Of a DNA stretch of 64,000 nt, positions 1-12,697 are shown in pieces. The stretch covers positions 24,332,084 through 24,396,083 of the forward strand of contig NC_090407.1 of NCBI RefSeq assembly GCF_036365525.1. Direction: 5' to 3'. The position numbers were made by a program, and so were the translations under genes. The notes under the pieces were generated by a model. That model had not been told where the DNA came from. It did no database searches and saw only the letters and a list, made by a program, of their open reading frames with translations. This DNA is from Heterodontus francisci (Eukaryota). Within the stretch, counting starts at the first letter, position 1, and each line of letters begins with the position of its first letter.

Positions 1-159
1 TCTTACTCAGGCAGTACTGCATACAGAGATAGGCATGCATTGTACCAGTGGGTGTTTAGCATCAGGTGTATGCTAACCCTGGAGTTTATCACTATTATCT
101 GCCTGTCCTTCCTTAGAATATCATCTTTTATTGATTTTTAAAAATAGAATTACGCAATT

Positions 160-1260
160 ATATAGAATTTTACAGTACAGTAATTTGGCCCAATAGGGAT
201 GTGTGTTTATGCTCCACATGATCCTCCTTTCACTTTACTTCACCTCACCTAATCAACATATCCTTCTATCTATTTTTCCCACATGTGTTTATCTAGCGTC
301 CCCTTAAATCGCCTCAACTATTATATGTGCTAGTGTGTCCCACATTCTTGCCCCTCTCTGGGTAAAGAAGTTACCTGAATTCCTCATTGGATTTATTAGT
401 AACTATCTTATATTTACAAACTTTAATTTTGGTCTCCTACACAAGCAGAAACATCAGGCTGCATTTTATGGAGCGAGCAGGGCTCCCAGTGTCGAGCCAA
501 GAAGGTGGTAGGAATCCTACCTCGGTCACTCGGAAGCCCCCCCCAACCCCAGCTCTATTTAACGGCGTCCAGACAATTAACAGCCCGTGCCAGGATCCCG
601 TCCCTTCAAAGAAAGTGATTCCACCTCCAAGAGCTGCCGGCCAATCAGAGGACTGGCAGCTCAGTAGTATCGATAGCGCCACCAGGACCAGTGGGGAGTA
701 CTGCAGGAGGCTTTAGAACCAGGCCCAGTGTAGGAGATCCAGACCCAGTAATTGAGGCGGGGTCACCAGAGCCAGACCAGCAGGCCCTAGCGATGGGGTG
801 GGTAGGGAGGGTGGGCGTTGAGTACAGAGGGAGGTGGGTACAGGGCACAGATTGCCCATGGAGGAGGGCCCCACCCCCCCAAGCCTGCAGGGAGGTCGCC
901 TTGTTTTACTGGGACCCACCCTGCCGCTGGCTTAATTCCAGCGGTGGCGGGAAGAGGCCCTTAAATGGCTGATAATAGACTGCTTAAGGGCCTAAATCGG
1001 CCTCTGGGCGGGAAGGCCATTGTTGGTCTATCCTGCCCCCCCACTAAATAGTGCAACAGGAAGGTGACAAGCCCTCCGCCTCCCGTTGGAATTCTATTGG
1101 CTCCCTCGCCTCCTAGCCTGTCTCCAGGGGGTGCCCATTAAACCTAGCACCATCTTCTCTACATCTACCTTCTCGAGTCCCTTCATAATTTTAAAGACCT
1201 TTGTCAGGTCATCTCTCAGTCTTTTCTTTGCTAGAAGAGAGAGCCCAACTGTTCATCCTT
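160..1260 (-). mobile_element. CR1-type LINE 3' fragment, interrupted by a MITE at 456-1151
   Basis: The reverse strand resembles the CR1 RT tail and 3' UTR seen more intact at 62511-63410. The sequence ...aaacatc|ttctctacatc... rejoins across the MITE. Boundaries are approximate. Confidence 0.6.
456..1151. mobile_element. GC-rich non-autonomous DNA transposon (PIF/Harbinger-like MITE), degenerate copy
   Basis: Degenerate TIRs (aggctgcattttatgg ... ccattaaacctagcacc) and a 3-bp duplication ATC (453-455/1152-1154). Shares gctgccggccaatcagag-like and cttaa-containing motifs with the copies at 11952 and 22648. Confidence 0.6.
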
Positions 1261-2089
1261 TAAAACAAATGGTAAAAACAAATGAAAAAACTAAATGATT
1301 GTGTTTCCTTGATGGTTCAATGGGTATTTGGAACTGCAGAGATTTAGAAACTGCACTCTGTGCTGTGTTCACTGATCTCACCTGGGGCAGTGGTAGGACC
1401 ATTACAGTTAATCTCAGCACCTTCAGGACAAGCAGGGAATGATTAAATAAACAAAGTGTGATACATGAGGTATAAGGCAATCAAAACCCATGTATACTGA
1501 ATTATGACACTCTTTAAGCTCAGTTTCACTCGCATAGCTTTTAGTCAGCAAGAAACAAGTGCAAACAAGCAGCTGGCTAAAAAATGGTGATTCTTTTTTC
1601 CATCACAAGGAAATAATTAATTCACTGAGAGCCCTCGTAGCCTAATCACTGATACCCAAGGGGGCTGGCAGGAAGGAAGTGATGAGACTACAACTCATGG
1701 GTTTGCTGATTTCAAGTGTTTTTAACTGGAACACACAAGAGTAGCATCTGCCTGGGATTTAGATACCCAGGAGACCACCTGCATTCAGATTGCTTATCTT
1801 TCAACTCTTGAAATACACACATGGACACATAAAAAGTGGTTAGATGCACACAGCCACAAACACACAACACATGGACAGACAACTTAAATATATATGTGAG
1901 AACAATATCACAGCATCTGTGACTCACATGACAAAGACACGCTCTTTCCAGCTGTTTATGAAGACCTCCAAAAGGAGATTAGGAAGCAGGTTTAGCAGCA
2001 GGACTTCTAGAGTGGTAGTCTCCAGATTACACCACCATTCCGTGCCTGCCCTACCATTTCCCGAACCAGCCACATGCTAGAATAGGGAA

Positions 2090-3350
2090 TAATAGAAAGG
2101 ATATGGTGCTCAACACATGTCAAAAGGGATGGCATCAGGAAGAGTTTCCATTTTATGGGACATTGACACCAGTTCTAAGATGGGAGCTATTCAACAACGA
2201 TGAGCTACATCTGAACAGAAAGGCAGCTAACAAACTTAAAGAATAGGTAAAAAGGGAAAATATTTACTTAAATTAGGAAAGAAGAAAGGGGGCAGGGAAA
2301 ATAAAAGTGATCATAAATGTAAATAGAGAATGTGGAAATAGATACGGTAGAAAAAGAAAATTTGGCAAAAGGGATAGCATGTAAAAATAAAGAGAGCAGA
2401 GGAAGATAAAGAAAATCAAATTGGCCAGTTATAAGCAGGGAAAAGACTCAAGATAAAGGCATGAGATGTTAGCTCGGACAAAAAATTCAAGAGAAAAGGA
2501 GTAGCATTAAATAAAATGCAAAGGAAAAGAGATAAAATGTATGTACGACAATGCTTTGAGAGTGAGGAGTAAGTTAGGGAATTGAAAGCAATTATGTCAC
2601 AGGAAGACTACATGACAACATTACAACATTTCAAAAAGTACTTTATTGGTTGTAAAGTGTTTCGGATCATCCTGAAGTAATGAAAGGCATAAGCAAGTCT
2701 TTCTTCAAGATATAGCTTTACAAGCGCTAACGAGTTATAATATTTTAGAATTTTTTAGGATGGACAGAATAAGTAAGAAAGGAAGAGGAGTGGTAGTATA
2801 GGTGAAGGAGGGAATACATTCTGTAGAGAGAACGGATATATACAAAAAAGAGGTTCAGATAAAGTCAATATGGTTAGGGCCCTCCTAAAAGTGGGAGAGG
2901 AATGGAAAGGAAAATCTGTAAACAGATTAGGGAGATGAATCAGAATAGCAAAGTTTTGATCTAGGAGATTTAAATTATTTACTGATTGATTAGAGTGGGA
3001 AAGGTGTAAACAGAGAAAAGGGAATGGAATTCCTAAAATGTGTGCAGGGCTTCTTCTTACAAGCAGAAAGGTGTTGCTAGACCAAGAAATACATAAAGTA
3101 ATAAAGTAGATGAGGTAAATGTGATGAGCATTGCAGGAAAAGTGACCATAGTATGATAGAGTTTAAGCTCCAAATAAAAAGGGAAGAAGTTGGAATAAAC
3201 ATGAAGAAGCCAGATTGGAATAGGTCAGATTTTATAAAAATGAGGAGTCAGCTAGCTAAGACGAGATGGAAAAAGAAAATGGCACATGGGCTTATTGGTC
3301 AACAATGGGATATTTTTATGACTTATCAATGTGTAGAATAAATATATACC
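2090..3350 (+). mobile_element. Old CR1-type LINE fragment (ORF1 end and ORF2 endonuclease region), heavily decayed
   Basis: Purine-rich stretch with remnants of GDFN-like and SDH-like endonuclease motifs (ggagatttaaat near 2964; agtgaccat near 3140). ORF 3153-3341 resembles the CR1 post-endonuclease linker. Confidence 0.5.
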
Positions 3351-5829
3351 TCATCCACATGTAGTAATGTACTCCAAATGGAATGCCTTCGCAATCTCCA
3401 TTTATCTCATCTGATTGTGAGATAAATCTAGCACATGGACTGACTTCAAATAACATGGTACATAAAAGAATGGAATAGTTTACAAAATCAAAGAAATGTG
3501 TAACAGATGCACAAGAGGAATCTCCAGTGCATGTGTCCCTTCTGTAAACACCTATTTCACTGCAAGATGCATTAAAATCATAATTCTTATATATTTTGTT
3601 TTATACAGACTGAAAATATTTGACTTGGTGATATGCATCTTTTTTTCTGAAGTCTGAGTCTGGTTGAGCTGTAAACTATATTCTGGATATATAACAGACA
3701 AACAAGACAATTGGCCATTTCTAAAAGTGCATCTCACCATTTTTTTTCTGTTACATCTGATTTTACTGCCTTCCTAAAGACAGAATATTGGAACAACACA
3801 AATTATCATTGACTCCACAGGCAACTTGAGGGGCATATTGCACAGTGCAATATGTTTTAAGGCCGATTCCCCCAAAGGACAAGGAATATTCTGCTATCAT
3901 GCCACTCCATTTCGAAACTCATCCAAGAGCTGGTCAAGGCGCAAGTGTTAACATAATTCTGGAGTTACAAGAGTGTGTTACAACAGAGAAAAGAGAAAAG
4001 CTCAAATGTGCATTCATGAGACAGATATAGAGGAATATCCATCAAGAGAATCACTGAGACTAGCAGACCTGGAAACAACTCCAAAAGAGAGAAGGTAATA
4101 ACCAAGGAGAAAATCACTAAGAGAGGGAGAGAATGTGCAACAACTTCGTGAGAAAATAATAATCAGGAAGAGAACTACCGAGACAGGCAAAGATTGGATA
4201 ACAAGAGCAATAGAAAGAGAAACAGAAATGCATTCACATCACAACATTGCATTTTTAAATCAAATTAAGAACTAGAAACAAAACAAATTTGAGCATGAGG
4301 TAGCAGTGAGTTGCTAGATGTTTCTTGTGCAGTCACTCATGCATTACACTCCCAGTAGACAGACCACAGGTAGTATTAAATCACCCTAACCGGAATACTC
4401 CAGGTGCATAATATGAATATTTCAATTAATAGAAGCAAAATATGATGAAATTAAATATCACTGAGAAAAATGTGGAAAAATATTAAGCTGAAAACATCCC
4501 AACAAAAAAATAGAAAGTTCTTTTACCTCATAATAATAAAGATGAGTTCAGCTAGTTAGTGAATAGAAGTGAAAACTCTTCATCAAGTGTTCATCCACCC
4601 ATTAACCAATAGATTTGTAGCTAGGCAATGAGGTGAACAGGTTTACTTGGTCAGCAAAACAACATTTTAAAAATCAGACAGTAAATCCCAGCTGGAGTTA
4701 GACACAAGATATTCAGCCTCTGCTCACAGTGACCCATCCCCTGCTCCATTCAAGGTAAGTCCTACCTTTAGGTTATTGCACTCTTCTCTCCCCAAGTCTT
4801 GACACATGGGCACGGAATTTGCTGGGAAAATAACTGTGAGTTTAATGCACATGCTGTTATTAGTGTGTAAATAACCCAGCAATTTATGGCAAGGATGAGA
4901 CACTCCATGAGTTGTAAATCACCACAAATTGCTGGACAATTTGAACTATTTCACCATTAGCCTCACAAAAACTTCTCTTACTTTTCCTTTCTCTCTTTTT
5001 TCTCACTCTCTCTGAATCCAATCTTTCTTTCCCTCTTTTTATTTCTCTTTCTATGCCTAATTTGACTCTAATTCACTGTATGTTCTTCTTTATTGTTCCT
5101 CTAGTTCTTTCTCTATCCTAAAATTTCATTGGTTAAGGAGATAGACTATTGGTCCTGTCATTCACCAAGGTCCTAGATGTCCCACTGATCTTGCCGTGCT
5201 GAAAACAAGCTGCATTTCCAGCAATTTGCAGCACAAAGACTTTTCGAACTGAAGGTTGAGATAAAAAATCTAACAAATGGGGCATGTAGGATATATCCAA
5301 GCAAACCCTGGCCAATGCAGCCCCTTCCTAAAATCTGAAACCTGGACCAGAGGTTGTTACATGATTCTTTCTCTTTGCTATTTGTTTCTTACATGTTTGT
5401 GTTATACTTTTCATACAAATCAATGTGTTCCTCAGGCACTGTGAATAGTCACTGCTTAATTGCAACCTCTTGATTCTTTGGCTTTCAGAGAGGTGTATTG
5501 TTTTGACATTTCATGGGTGCATTTTTGCAATTTATGTCTGTTTTGATCCCAACAGCCTAAGCCATGCCAATTCTTGCAATAAAACTCTGGATTTCCTGTG
5601 TACTCTGCGGGGTAAGGATTTGCTGCATTATGACTATCATGTACTCTGTTATGCATGCATGTTTTTTCTCCCCCTCCCTCCTCAGTGTTCTCCTGAGGAC
5701 ACTGATTCTTGTTGCAGTATGGGTTCCATGGGCACCACGCTCCCTCCCACGCCTCAAACAAGTGGTCATTCTTCATGTGTAAGTTTAGACATGAACCTTT
5801 AGTTACGAGGGTCCGGTGGAGGCACCAGT

Positions 5830-6075
5830 GCTAAGTTTGATTCTGTCCTCACCCGCTGTTTCAGCATGCCCATTTCCAGCCGGAGTCATGAGATAGTGAT
5901 CAAGAACCTGAATACACACTGATATTTTATTCTCTTTAACCCAAGGCCAGTTGTGCCACCACAACTGATGCTCTGACTGGGATTAATTGGCAGAACAGAC
6001 TGGGGATTGAACCAGGGCTACTGTGAGCTGCCAAATCACACAGCACATTCACCCTATAGATAATCAAAGGAGTTC
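5830..6075 (-). repeat. Ancient tRNA-derived SINE relic (AmnSINE2/Nin-like, tentative); related pieces at about 1300-1410, 24815-24915, 28040-28420, 46060-46320, 48130-48245 and 53770-54062
   Basis: A motif resembling ggttcgatccctggtctgtgctgagttagctgatctcag recurs on either strand at these loci. The family name is from memory only. Confidence 0.4.
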
Positions 6076-6474
6076 GGTGTGCGCAGCCTTTAATTAGAAG
6101 TTTGTGTTCCAGTGATATTACTACATTTCCTGGAGTGAGATGACTAACAGTAAAGTTACTGCACTTATCTCACTTCTTGAAATTTAAAATGGAAAAGATA
6201 TTTAAAATATCCAATAAGTAGAGTGGGGGTGCTTAGTTCTATTTCGGTCATGTTTTGAGTTTCATTGCAAAATCTTACTGAATCTGAAATTAAGTCTAAT
6301 CAGGATTCCCTAGGCAAAACAACTGTAAAAATTGAGCTTTAATATCCCTCTCTTACTTTGTTTACGTGCATTTTTTGTGGGGTGATGGTGGAATGGGACT
6401 TTATAATCAGAGTGATATTTTGTCAAGTATTCCCTGTAGGAATTTTAAACAAATATGATTTTAAATTGCTTCAA

Positions 6475-6885
6475 TGTAGGAGATTGAGAGGTGATCTAGT
6501 CAAGATGTTTAAAATGTTACAAGGATTGAATAGGATAGATACAGAGAAACTATTGCCTCTGGTGGGGGGAATCAAGAACAAGGGGTCGCAGTCTTAAAAT
6601 TAGACCGTGACCATTGAAGCACGAAATCAGGAAGCATTTTTCACATGAAGCGTGGTAGAAGTTCAGAACTGTTCGCCCCACCTCCCCTACCCCCCAAAAA
6701 GGCTTAGACAACTGGAGTTTTCAAGATTGAGATCGACAGAATTTTGTTAGATATGGGCATGATAGGATTATAGAGCAAAAGCAGGTAAATGAAGCTGAGG
6801 TGCAGATAAGCCATTATCTAATTGAATGGTGGAACAGGCCCAAGGAGCTGAATGACCTCCTCCAGTTCCTAATGTTCCTATGTTA
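6475..6885 (+). mobile_element. CR1-type LINE 3' end fragment
   Basis: Translates RRLRGDLVKMFKMLQGLNRIDTEKLLPLVG (CR1 ORF2 C-terminus), followed by a CR1-like 3' UTR and tail. Confidence 0.7.
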
Positions 6886-7119
6886 CTAAATTAAAATAAA
6901 ATTAAGGAGGAAAGTGAGAGTTCTGACAGGTTTCCCTCTCAAGAAATCAACCCTACATAAGGATAAAGAAATAGAAAGGTATCTTGATAGGGCAAGATTA
7001 AATAAAAAGAGTGGGAGGAGGCTCATGCGAAGCATAAACACTGGCAAAGACCTGGTGCACCAGAACGGCTTTTTTTGTGCTGTACGTTATATCTAATTTT
7101 ATATAATGCTACAAGATAT

Positions 7120-8145
7120 TGTCATGGGAGTGTTGTTTTTTTAAATAAAATTAAGGGGGTCTGTGTGCCTTTAAGACTGAGAGGTGTTTTTTCTCTCTGG
7201 GAACAGTGAGAGTGAGCTGCAAGCCCGTTCCTAGGCAACAGCAAGAGAGATGAGGCCACATGCCATATTGTATCAGTTTGACTGTGTGTAAAAACTATCT
7301 GGAACCAGTTTGCACTGGTAGACCACGTAAGATTCCTCTCCCTGAAGGAAGATTTTTCCGTCCCTCTAAATCCTACATTGGCCGACAGGCTGTGTTTTGC
7401 CTAAAGAGGAAAAAGACCGCTGGAAAGGAATCTTTGCATAGTTGGAGGTAGTACATTCCTTTTTACTCCCAGTCTCTGAGAAGTCTCTGCCTCAGGAGTT
7501 GCCTTTTGTGTTTCTGGGAGTTCTGGAATCTCAGGAAAGTTCCACTGTTAGACTGCTAATTCAAAATCCAAATAGAGCTGTTGCTATACTCTTTGTTGAA
7601 ATATCTGTGTGATGCCTGCTGTAGCCAAACTGCCTTGAACGCCTATCTATTACAGACTGTTCATCAAATTCGCCTGGATACTTTGGGTGGCATCTGACTA
7701 TTTGACTCCGGGACAACTCACCAAACCAGGAAAGTAATCCACCAGGACTTACAACTCAGTTATTTTATTATTCCTAAGAAACAGCTCTAATTTAAAACAT
7801 CATTTTTAAAACCGGTTAACCATTGTTTTTTGAATGTATGTATGTGTGCATGAGGGTTAGGAGGAATAAAAAGTTGTAAAGTCTTTTCAGACACAGATTT
7901 ATCTCAATATTGTTTAAGATTTAGTTTATTACTAAATAGTTGATTTGTTGTTGTTTAAGGAAACCTAGTTTGGTGTGTTTTATTCTGCAGGTTAATAAAG
8001 TGTTTCATTTGGCTAATTTCCAGTAGGTTGGAAACTTTATTAATATGCTATGACCCGTGGAGTGGTGGGACTGAATTAGCAGTGCATTACTCCCATCTGG
8101 GATCGTAACTGGGGAGTCATCCAGGATCCCGTCTTGGTCGTAACA
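7120..8145 (+). repeat. 5' LTR of element A
   Basis: TG...CA termini. Bases 7420-8145 align with 19253-19992. AATAAA occurs near 7865 and 7994. A degenerate PBS follows (about 8153-8173). Confidence 0.9.
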
Positions 8146-8279
8146 GATTAATTGTGGGCACGATTGTCAGGATCATTTCCAAAGCTAATCATGTTATTTG
8201 TGACGGGAGTAATAATTTGAAAGAGAAAAAATAATAAAAAAGGTTTCTTGTATAATAGGGTAAAGGCTGTACCATTGGA

Positions 8280-9407
8280 ATGGCATTAGCAGTTGTAGCA
8301 GTTTTTCTGGGAAAGGAGAATGTGTCCCTCAGTGACTTGAAAACTTTAACTAAGGGTAAATTAAAAGAATTGGCAGCACAATTGGGGTTAGAATTGAAAT
8401 CAGGTGCTAAAAAAGCAGAGATAACTGACGCTATAGTCCAACATTTAAAATTAGAAGAAGATAGTAAGTCAGAGAGTGATGCCGTTGAATTGGCTAAGAT
8501 CCAGTTAGAAATGGCAAAACTCGAGGCTGAGAAAGAATTAAGAAAACTTGAAATTCAGAGATAAAGTGAAAGAGAAGAGAGGGAATTTAGATTAATAGAG
8601 ATGGAACTAAGGCAAAGGGGTAGTCTTGAATCCAGGGCAGGTTCTGGTCAGGAGGAGTCTAAATTCAGCCCAGGACTTAGCGAAAAGATGTTTAAATTTA
8701 TACAAGCTCTTCCTAAGTTTGAGGAAAGGGACGTAGAGGCATTTTTCATATCTTTTGAAAAAATAGCCAAACAAATGAAGTAGCCAAAGGAAAGCTGGAC
8801 ACTGCTTGTGCAAAGCAGATTGATGGGCAGAGTTCATGAAGTTTATGCCATGCTTCCTGAAGAGGCTTCTGCAGATTATGAAATGGCAAAAAAGGCAATT
8901 CTCGCTGCGTATGAGTTAGTCCATGAAGCTTACCATCAGAAGTTTCGGAACTTACAGAGATTGGCTGGGCAGACATATGTAAAATTTGAGAGGGTGAAGC
9001 AAATTAATTTTGACCATTGGATACAGGCATTAAGGATGGAAACCACATATGAGAACTTTAGAGAATTGATTCTCTTGGAAGAGTTTAAAAATTCAATTCC
9101 TTCAGTTGTGAGAACTCATGTAGATAACCTAAATGTTTTAAAAGCCAGGCAAGCAGTGGAAATTGCTGATGATTTTGAGCTTGTGAATAAGGCAAAACCT
9201 TTTGTCCGTCACCCCCACAAACCCAAGAAGGATAGAAAGTGGGAGAGTGAACGGAAGGCAAGTAGCCGGGGACAAGAAGGAACAGCTGGTAATGCCCCAG
9301 GATCACCTCCTCAAGTCAGAAAGGAAGGTGCTGAGGGTAGAAGTGAGGTCCGCAAGCCGAAGTGTTATCATTGCCACAAGATGAGTCATCTTCATTCAGA
9401 GTGCTAG
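8280..9407 (+). pseudogene. gag of element A (N-terminal helical motif, coiled coil, SCAN-related capsid region, CCHC zinc knuckle), interrupted by stops
   Basis: ORFs 8280-8564, 8601-8783 and 8808-9407 are in one frame. Motifs include FEERDVEAFFISFEKIA, LILLEEFKNSIP and the knuckle CYHCHKMSHLHSEC. Confidence 0.88.
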
Positions 9408-9587
9408 AAGTTGTGAGATAAACCCATGGGAATTGTTGGGGTACACAAAGCTAATGCAGAGAAAGAGACTCTGACGCATCATACAGCAGACCAGGCTGTA
9501 GCTTTAATGGCAGCGATAAAACCAGACACAAAAACTAAAGTAAGTATACAGGTTAAGAATAAGATACCCAGAAGTTACAATTAATTC

Positions 9588-10055
9588 TTGTCAAAGGGAA
9601 AAGTAACTCCATATCCTTTAAGTGAGGCAGGAAAACCTATCATTATACCTAGGGATACAGCAGCAACGCAAACACTTTTGCTGGGGAAAGGTAAAACGTT
9701 TCCACCAGAGAGCGCCCTGAATGCTAAAGTTTTAGTTAATAGAATTGGCGGGGAGTATATACCCGTACCTTAATTCAAAGTGCACCTAGAGTGTGACCTA
9801 ATATCTGGGATGGTAACTGTAGGAGTTGTCCATAGTTTGCCAGTAAAGACAATTGATCTACTCTTAGGGAATGATTTGGCTGGATCAAAAATATCAGTTT
9901 CTCCTATGATTACAGAGAAACCAAGTGAAGTTAAAGAAACGGAACAATTACAGAAACAAGTTCCAGGAATATTTCCTGCGTGTGTAGTTACCCAAGCAAT
10001 GGCTAAACAGATTCCATTGTCGGAGGTAAAATTGGCACCACAAACAGATAGCTGA
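9588..10055 (+). pseudogene. Aspartic protease region of element A
   Basis: Degenerate active site PRDTAATQTLL (DTA at 9654-9662) and downstream IDLLLGNDL flap/helix motif. Confidence 0.8.
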
Positions 10056-10564
10056 GTATCTGAAATCTTATTTGTGGATTTAGATAATCCAAGTGAGATG
10101 TTTAACAAATCTTCTATAATTGCAGCACAGCAAGCTTATCCAGAGTTATACAGAATAGCAAAGTCAGCTCTGACCGAAGCTGAGGCGAAAGGAGTTCCAG
10201 AAGGCTATTATATTGAAGATGGGATTTTGAGGAGGAGACCTGCAGATGAAGACTGGACAGTTGTTGAACAGATAGTGGTACCACTTAAATATCACCAGGA
10301 ATTATTAAGGTTAGCACATGACATTCTTTTTGCAGGACATAGGGGGATTCAGAATACAAAATCACGTAAAAGTCAACATTTTTACTGGCCAGGCCTTACA
10401 AAGGACATGAAGACGGTTTGTAGGACATGCCATACATGCAAAATGGTGGGAAAACCGCAGCCTACCATAAAACCGGCACCACTAGTTCCCATACCAGTGA
10501 TTGAGGAACCATTTAGCAGGGTATTGGTAGACTGTGTAAACAAAAGGGGGACATCAATATATAC

Positions 10565-11484
10565 TGACACGAACTTGTATTTATGTTCTCCTTGGATTAA
10601 AAACAGTGTGTGCCTTTAAATCTCTGTTTGAAAACAGTGTGCCTTTAAGACTAAGCAAAGAGTGCCAGCTGCACCTGTGCCTAGGCCACAGCAGGAGAGA
10701 AAGAGAGGTCACATGGTATAATGTTTTGATTTGACTGTGTGCAAAACCGGCAAAAAATAGTCTGAATCAGCCACTAGCGAGGTATGCTATTGAAAAAAAG
10801 AGCTGTCTATTCTCTCTCAGCAGAAATTCTACAAGGAGCTACAGGTCAAGTTAATTGCTTAAACAAAAGCCTTCTTTTTTGAAGAGACCATTTGCATTAC
10901 TGAAGGTAGCAAAACTCCTTTTCTTTACTTCCAAGCCAGAATTTACTTGCTTCAAGATTGAATCTTTCTTGACTAATTGTATTTTCTGGAATTCGCCGGG
11001 AGTGCAGCCGAAGTGTTTTGAATGCCTATCTATTGAAGAACTATTTCATCAAATCCGCATGGAGACTTCAAGTAGCATTTGATTGTTTCCACATTGGAAT
11101 ACTTCATCCATCGGGAACGTAACCCACAAAGACTTACTTATTTATTTATTTTTAAGAAACAGCTAATTTTAAAAACACCACTTTTAAAACCAGTTAACTA
11201 CTGCTATTTTTGAGTGTTTTGTGCGAATGGGGGAGTTAGATTAAAATAAGAAATTATAAGGTCTTTAGACATAGGTTTATCTTAATAGTGTTTAAGATTT
11301 AGTTTTAATAGTTAATTTGTTGTTGTCTAAAGGTACCTGGTTTGGTTTGTTTTATTCTGGGGTTTACTAGAGTGTCTAATTTGGCTGTTTTTCCAGTTGG
11401 GTGGGAAAAGTTTAATAATATGCTGTGACCTGTGGAGTGACGGGTCTGAGTTGACAGTGCGTTGCTCCTGCCTCAGTCGTAAAA
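10565..11484 (+). mobile_element. Solo LTR of a related Gypsy/Gmr1 family inserted in the integrase of element A
   Basis: Starts TGACA and ends gtcgtaaaa (decayed cgtaaca), with ATAC duplicated (10561-10564/11485-11488). Removing it restores the frame GHQYI|LTIMDMTTRF. Shares sequence blocks with LTR A. Confidence 0.88.
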
Positions 11485-11951
11485 ATACTCACTATCATGG
11501 ATATGACTACTCGATTTCCAGAGGCCATTCCTTTGAGGGCAATTACTTCTAAAGTAGTAGTAGAAAAGTTAACCCAATTCTATACGAGATATAGATTACC
11601 ACTTGAAGTTCAATTGGATCAAGGTTCTAATTTCATGTCAAAAATATTTAAAGAAGTCCTGGGCAATTTGGGTATCAGACAGTTACAATCTTCAGCATAT
11701 CACCCACAGACACAGGGAGCTTTACAGAGGTACCATCAAACTCTCAAAACAATGATTAGAGCATACTGTCACAAATATCTGCATGACTGGGCTAAAGGGC
11801 CAGTCTTTTATTTACCACCAGAGATTCAATGAATTAGTCTACAGGATTTAGTCCTTTCGAATTAGTTTATAGACATGAAGTAAGAGGTCCTCTAAAACTC
11901 ATCAAAGACAGATTCTTAGAACAAAGGAATGAATCTTCAATACTAGACTAT

Positions 11952-12697
11952 GGGTTGGATTTTACCTCAGGCAGGCGGGAATTCTTCACCGACATAAAAG
12001 TCGGTGGTGAGCCCGCTTCCGCCTAGCCCAGGGATCCGTCCCGCATTTTATGGATCCCCAGGCTTTAATTGTCCCGAGGTGGGACTTCCACCCATTTGAT
12101 GGCGGAGGTCCAGCCTCAGTGAACTGCTGGCCAATCATGGGGCCAGCAGCTCTTAGTCTCAGCAGCGCCAGCAGAAGTGGTGGCCACTGCTGGGACTGCA
12201 GCCCAGCCGACCAGATGGAGCCAAGAGTGAAGGTAAGTGGGGCTTGCTTCAACAGGGAGATCGGTTCTTCCCTGGTGAGGCTGGAGTGGTCGTTTGGGGG
12301 GGGAGGGGGGCGTCTTGTATCCCGGGGGTGAGTTGGGAGGCGGGGGCAGCCCTCAATCGGGCACCCTGTACCTGACTGCCATGGCCCTTCCCCGAGCGTG
12401 TGGAAAGGCCGGCAGCTAACGCTGGGCGGCCTTTCACCTCCCCTGCATGCCCGCTTGCCATGGGTAAAATACCCATGGAGGTGGGCGAGGGCCCTTAAGT
12501 GGCCATTAAGTGGCCACTTAAGGGCCTTGATTGGCCTCAGGTGGGCGGGCCATTCCCCCCCACCCCCCTGCCCGACCACTGTAAAGTTGACCGGAGGCGG
12601 GAGCGGGGTGGGTAGGCCTCCCGGAGCATCCCGCTCAATTTTGCGCCGCCCCCCCATGCCACCATCCGACCCGCTGGGGCGGTGTAAAATTCATCCC
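11952..12697. mobile_element. GC-rich PIF/Harbinger-like MITE inserted in the integrase of element A
   Basis: TIRs gggttggattttac / gtaaaattcatccc and TAT duplicated (11949-11951/12698-12700). Removing it restores ESSILDY|VSVLWERL. Confidence 0.85.

Noticed and set aside
5456-5776. Cys/Trp-rich 106-aa minus-strand ORF that looks like a secreted peptide
   Set aside because: It has no signal peptide or recognisable motif, and it is antisense to segments whose splice signals point to the plus strand.
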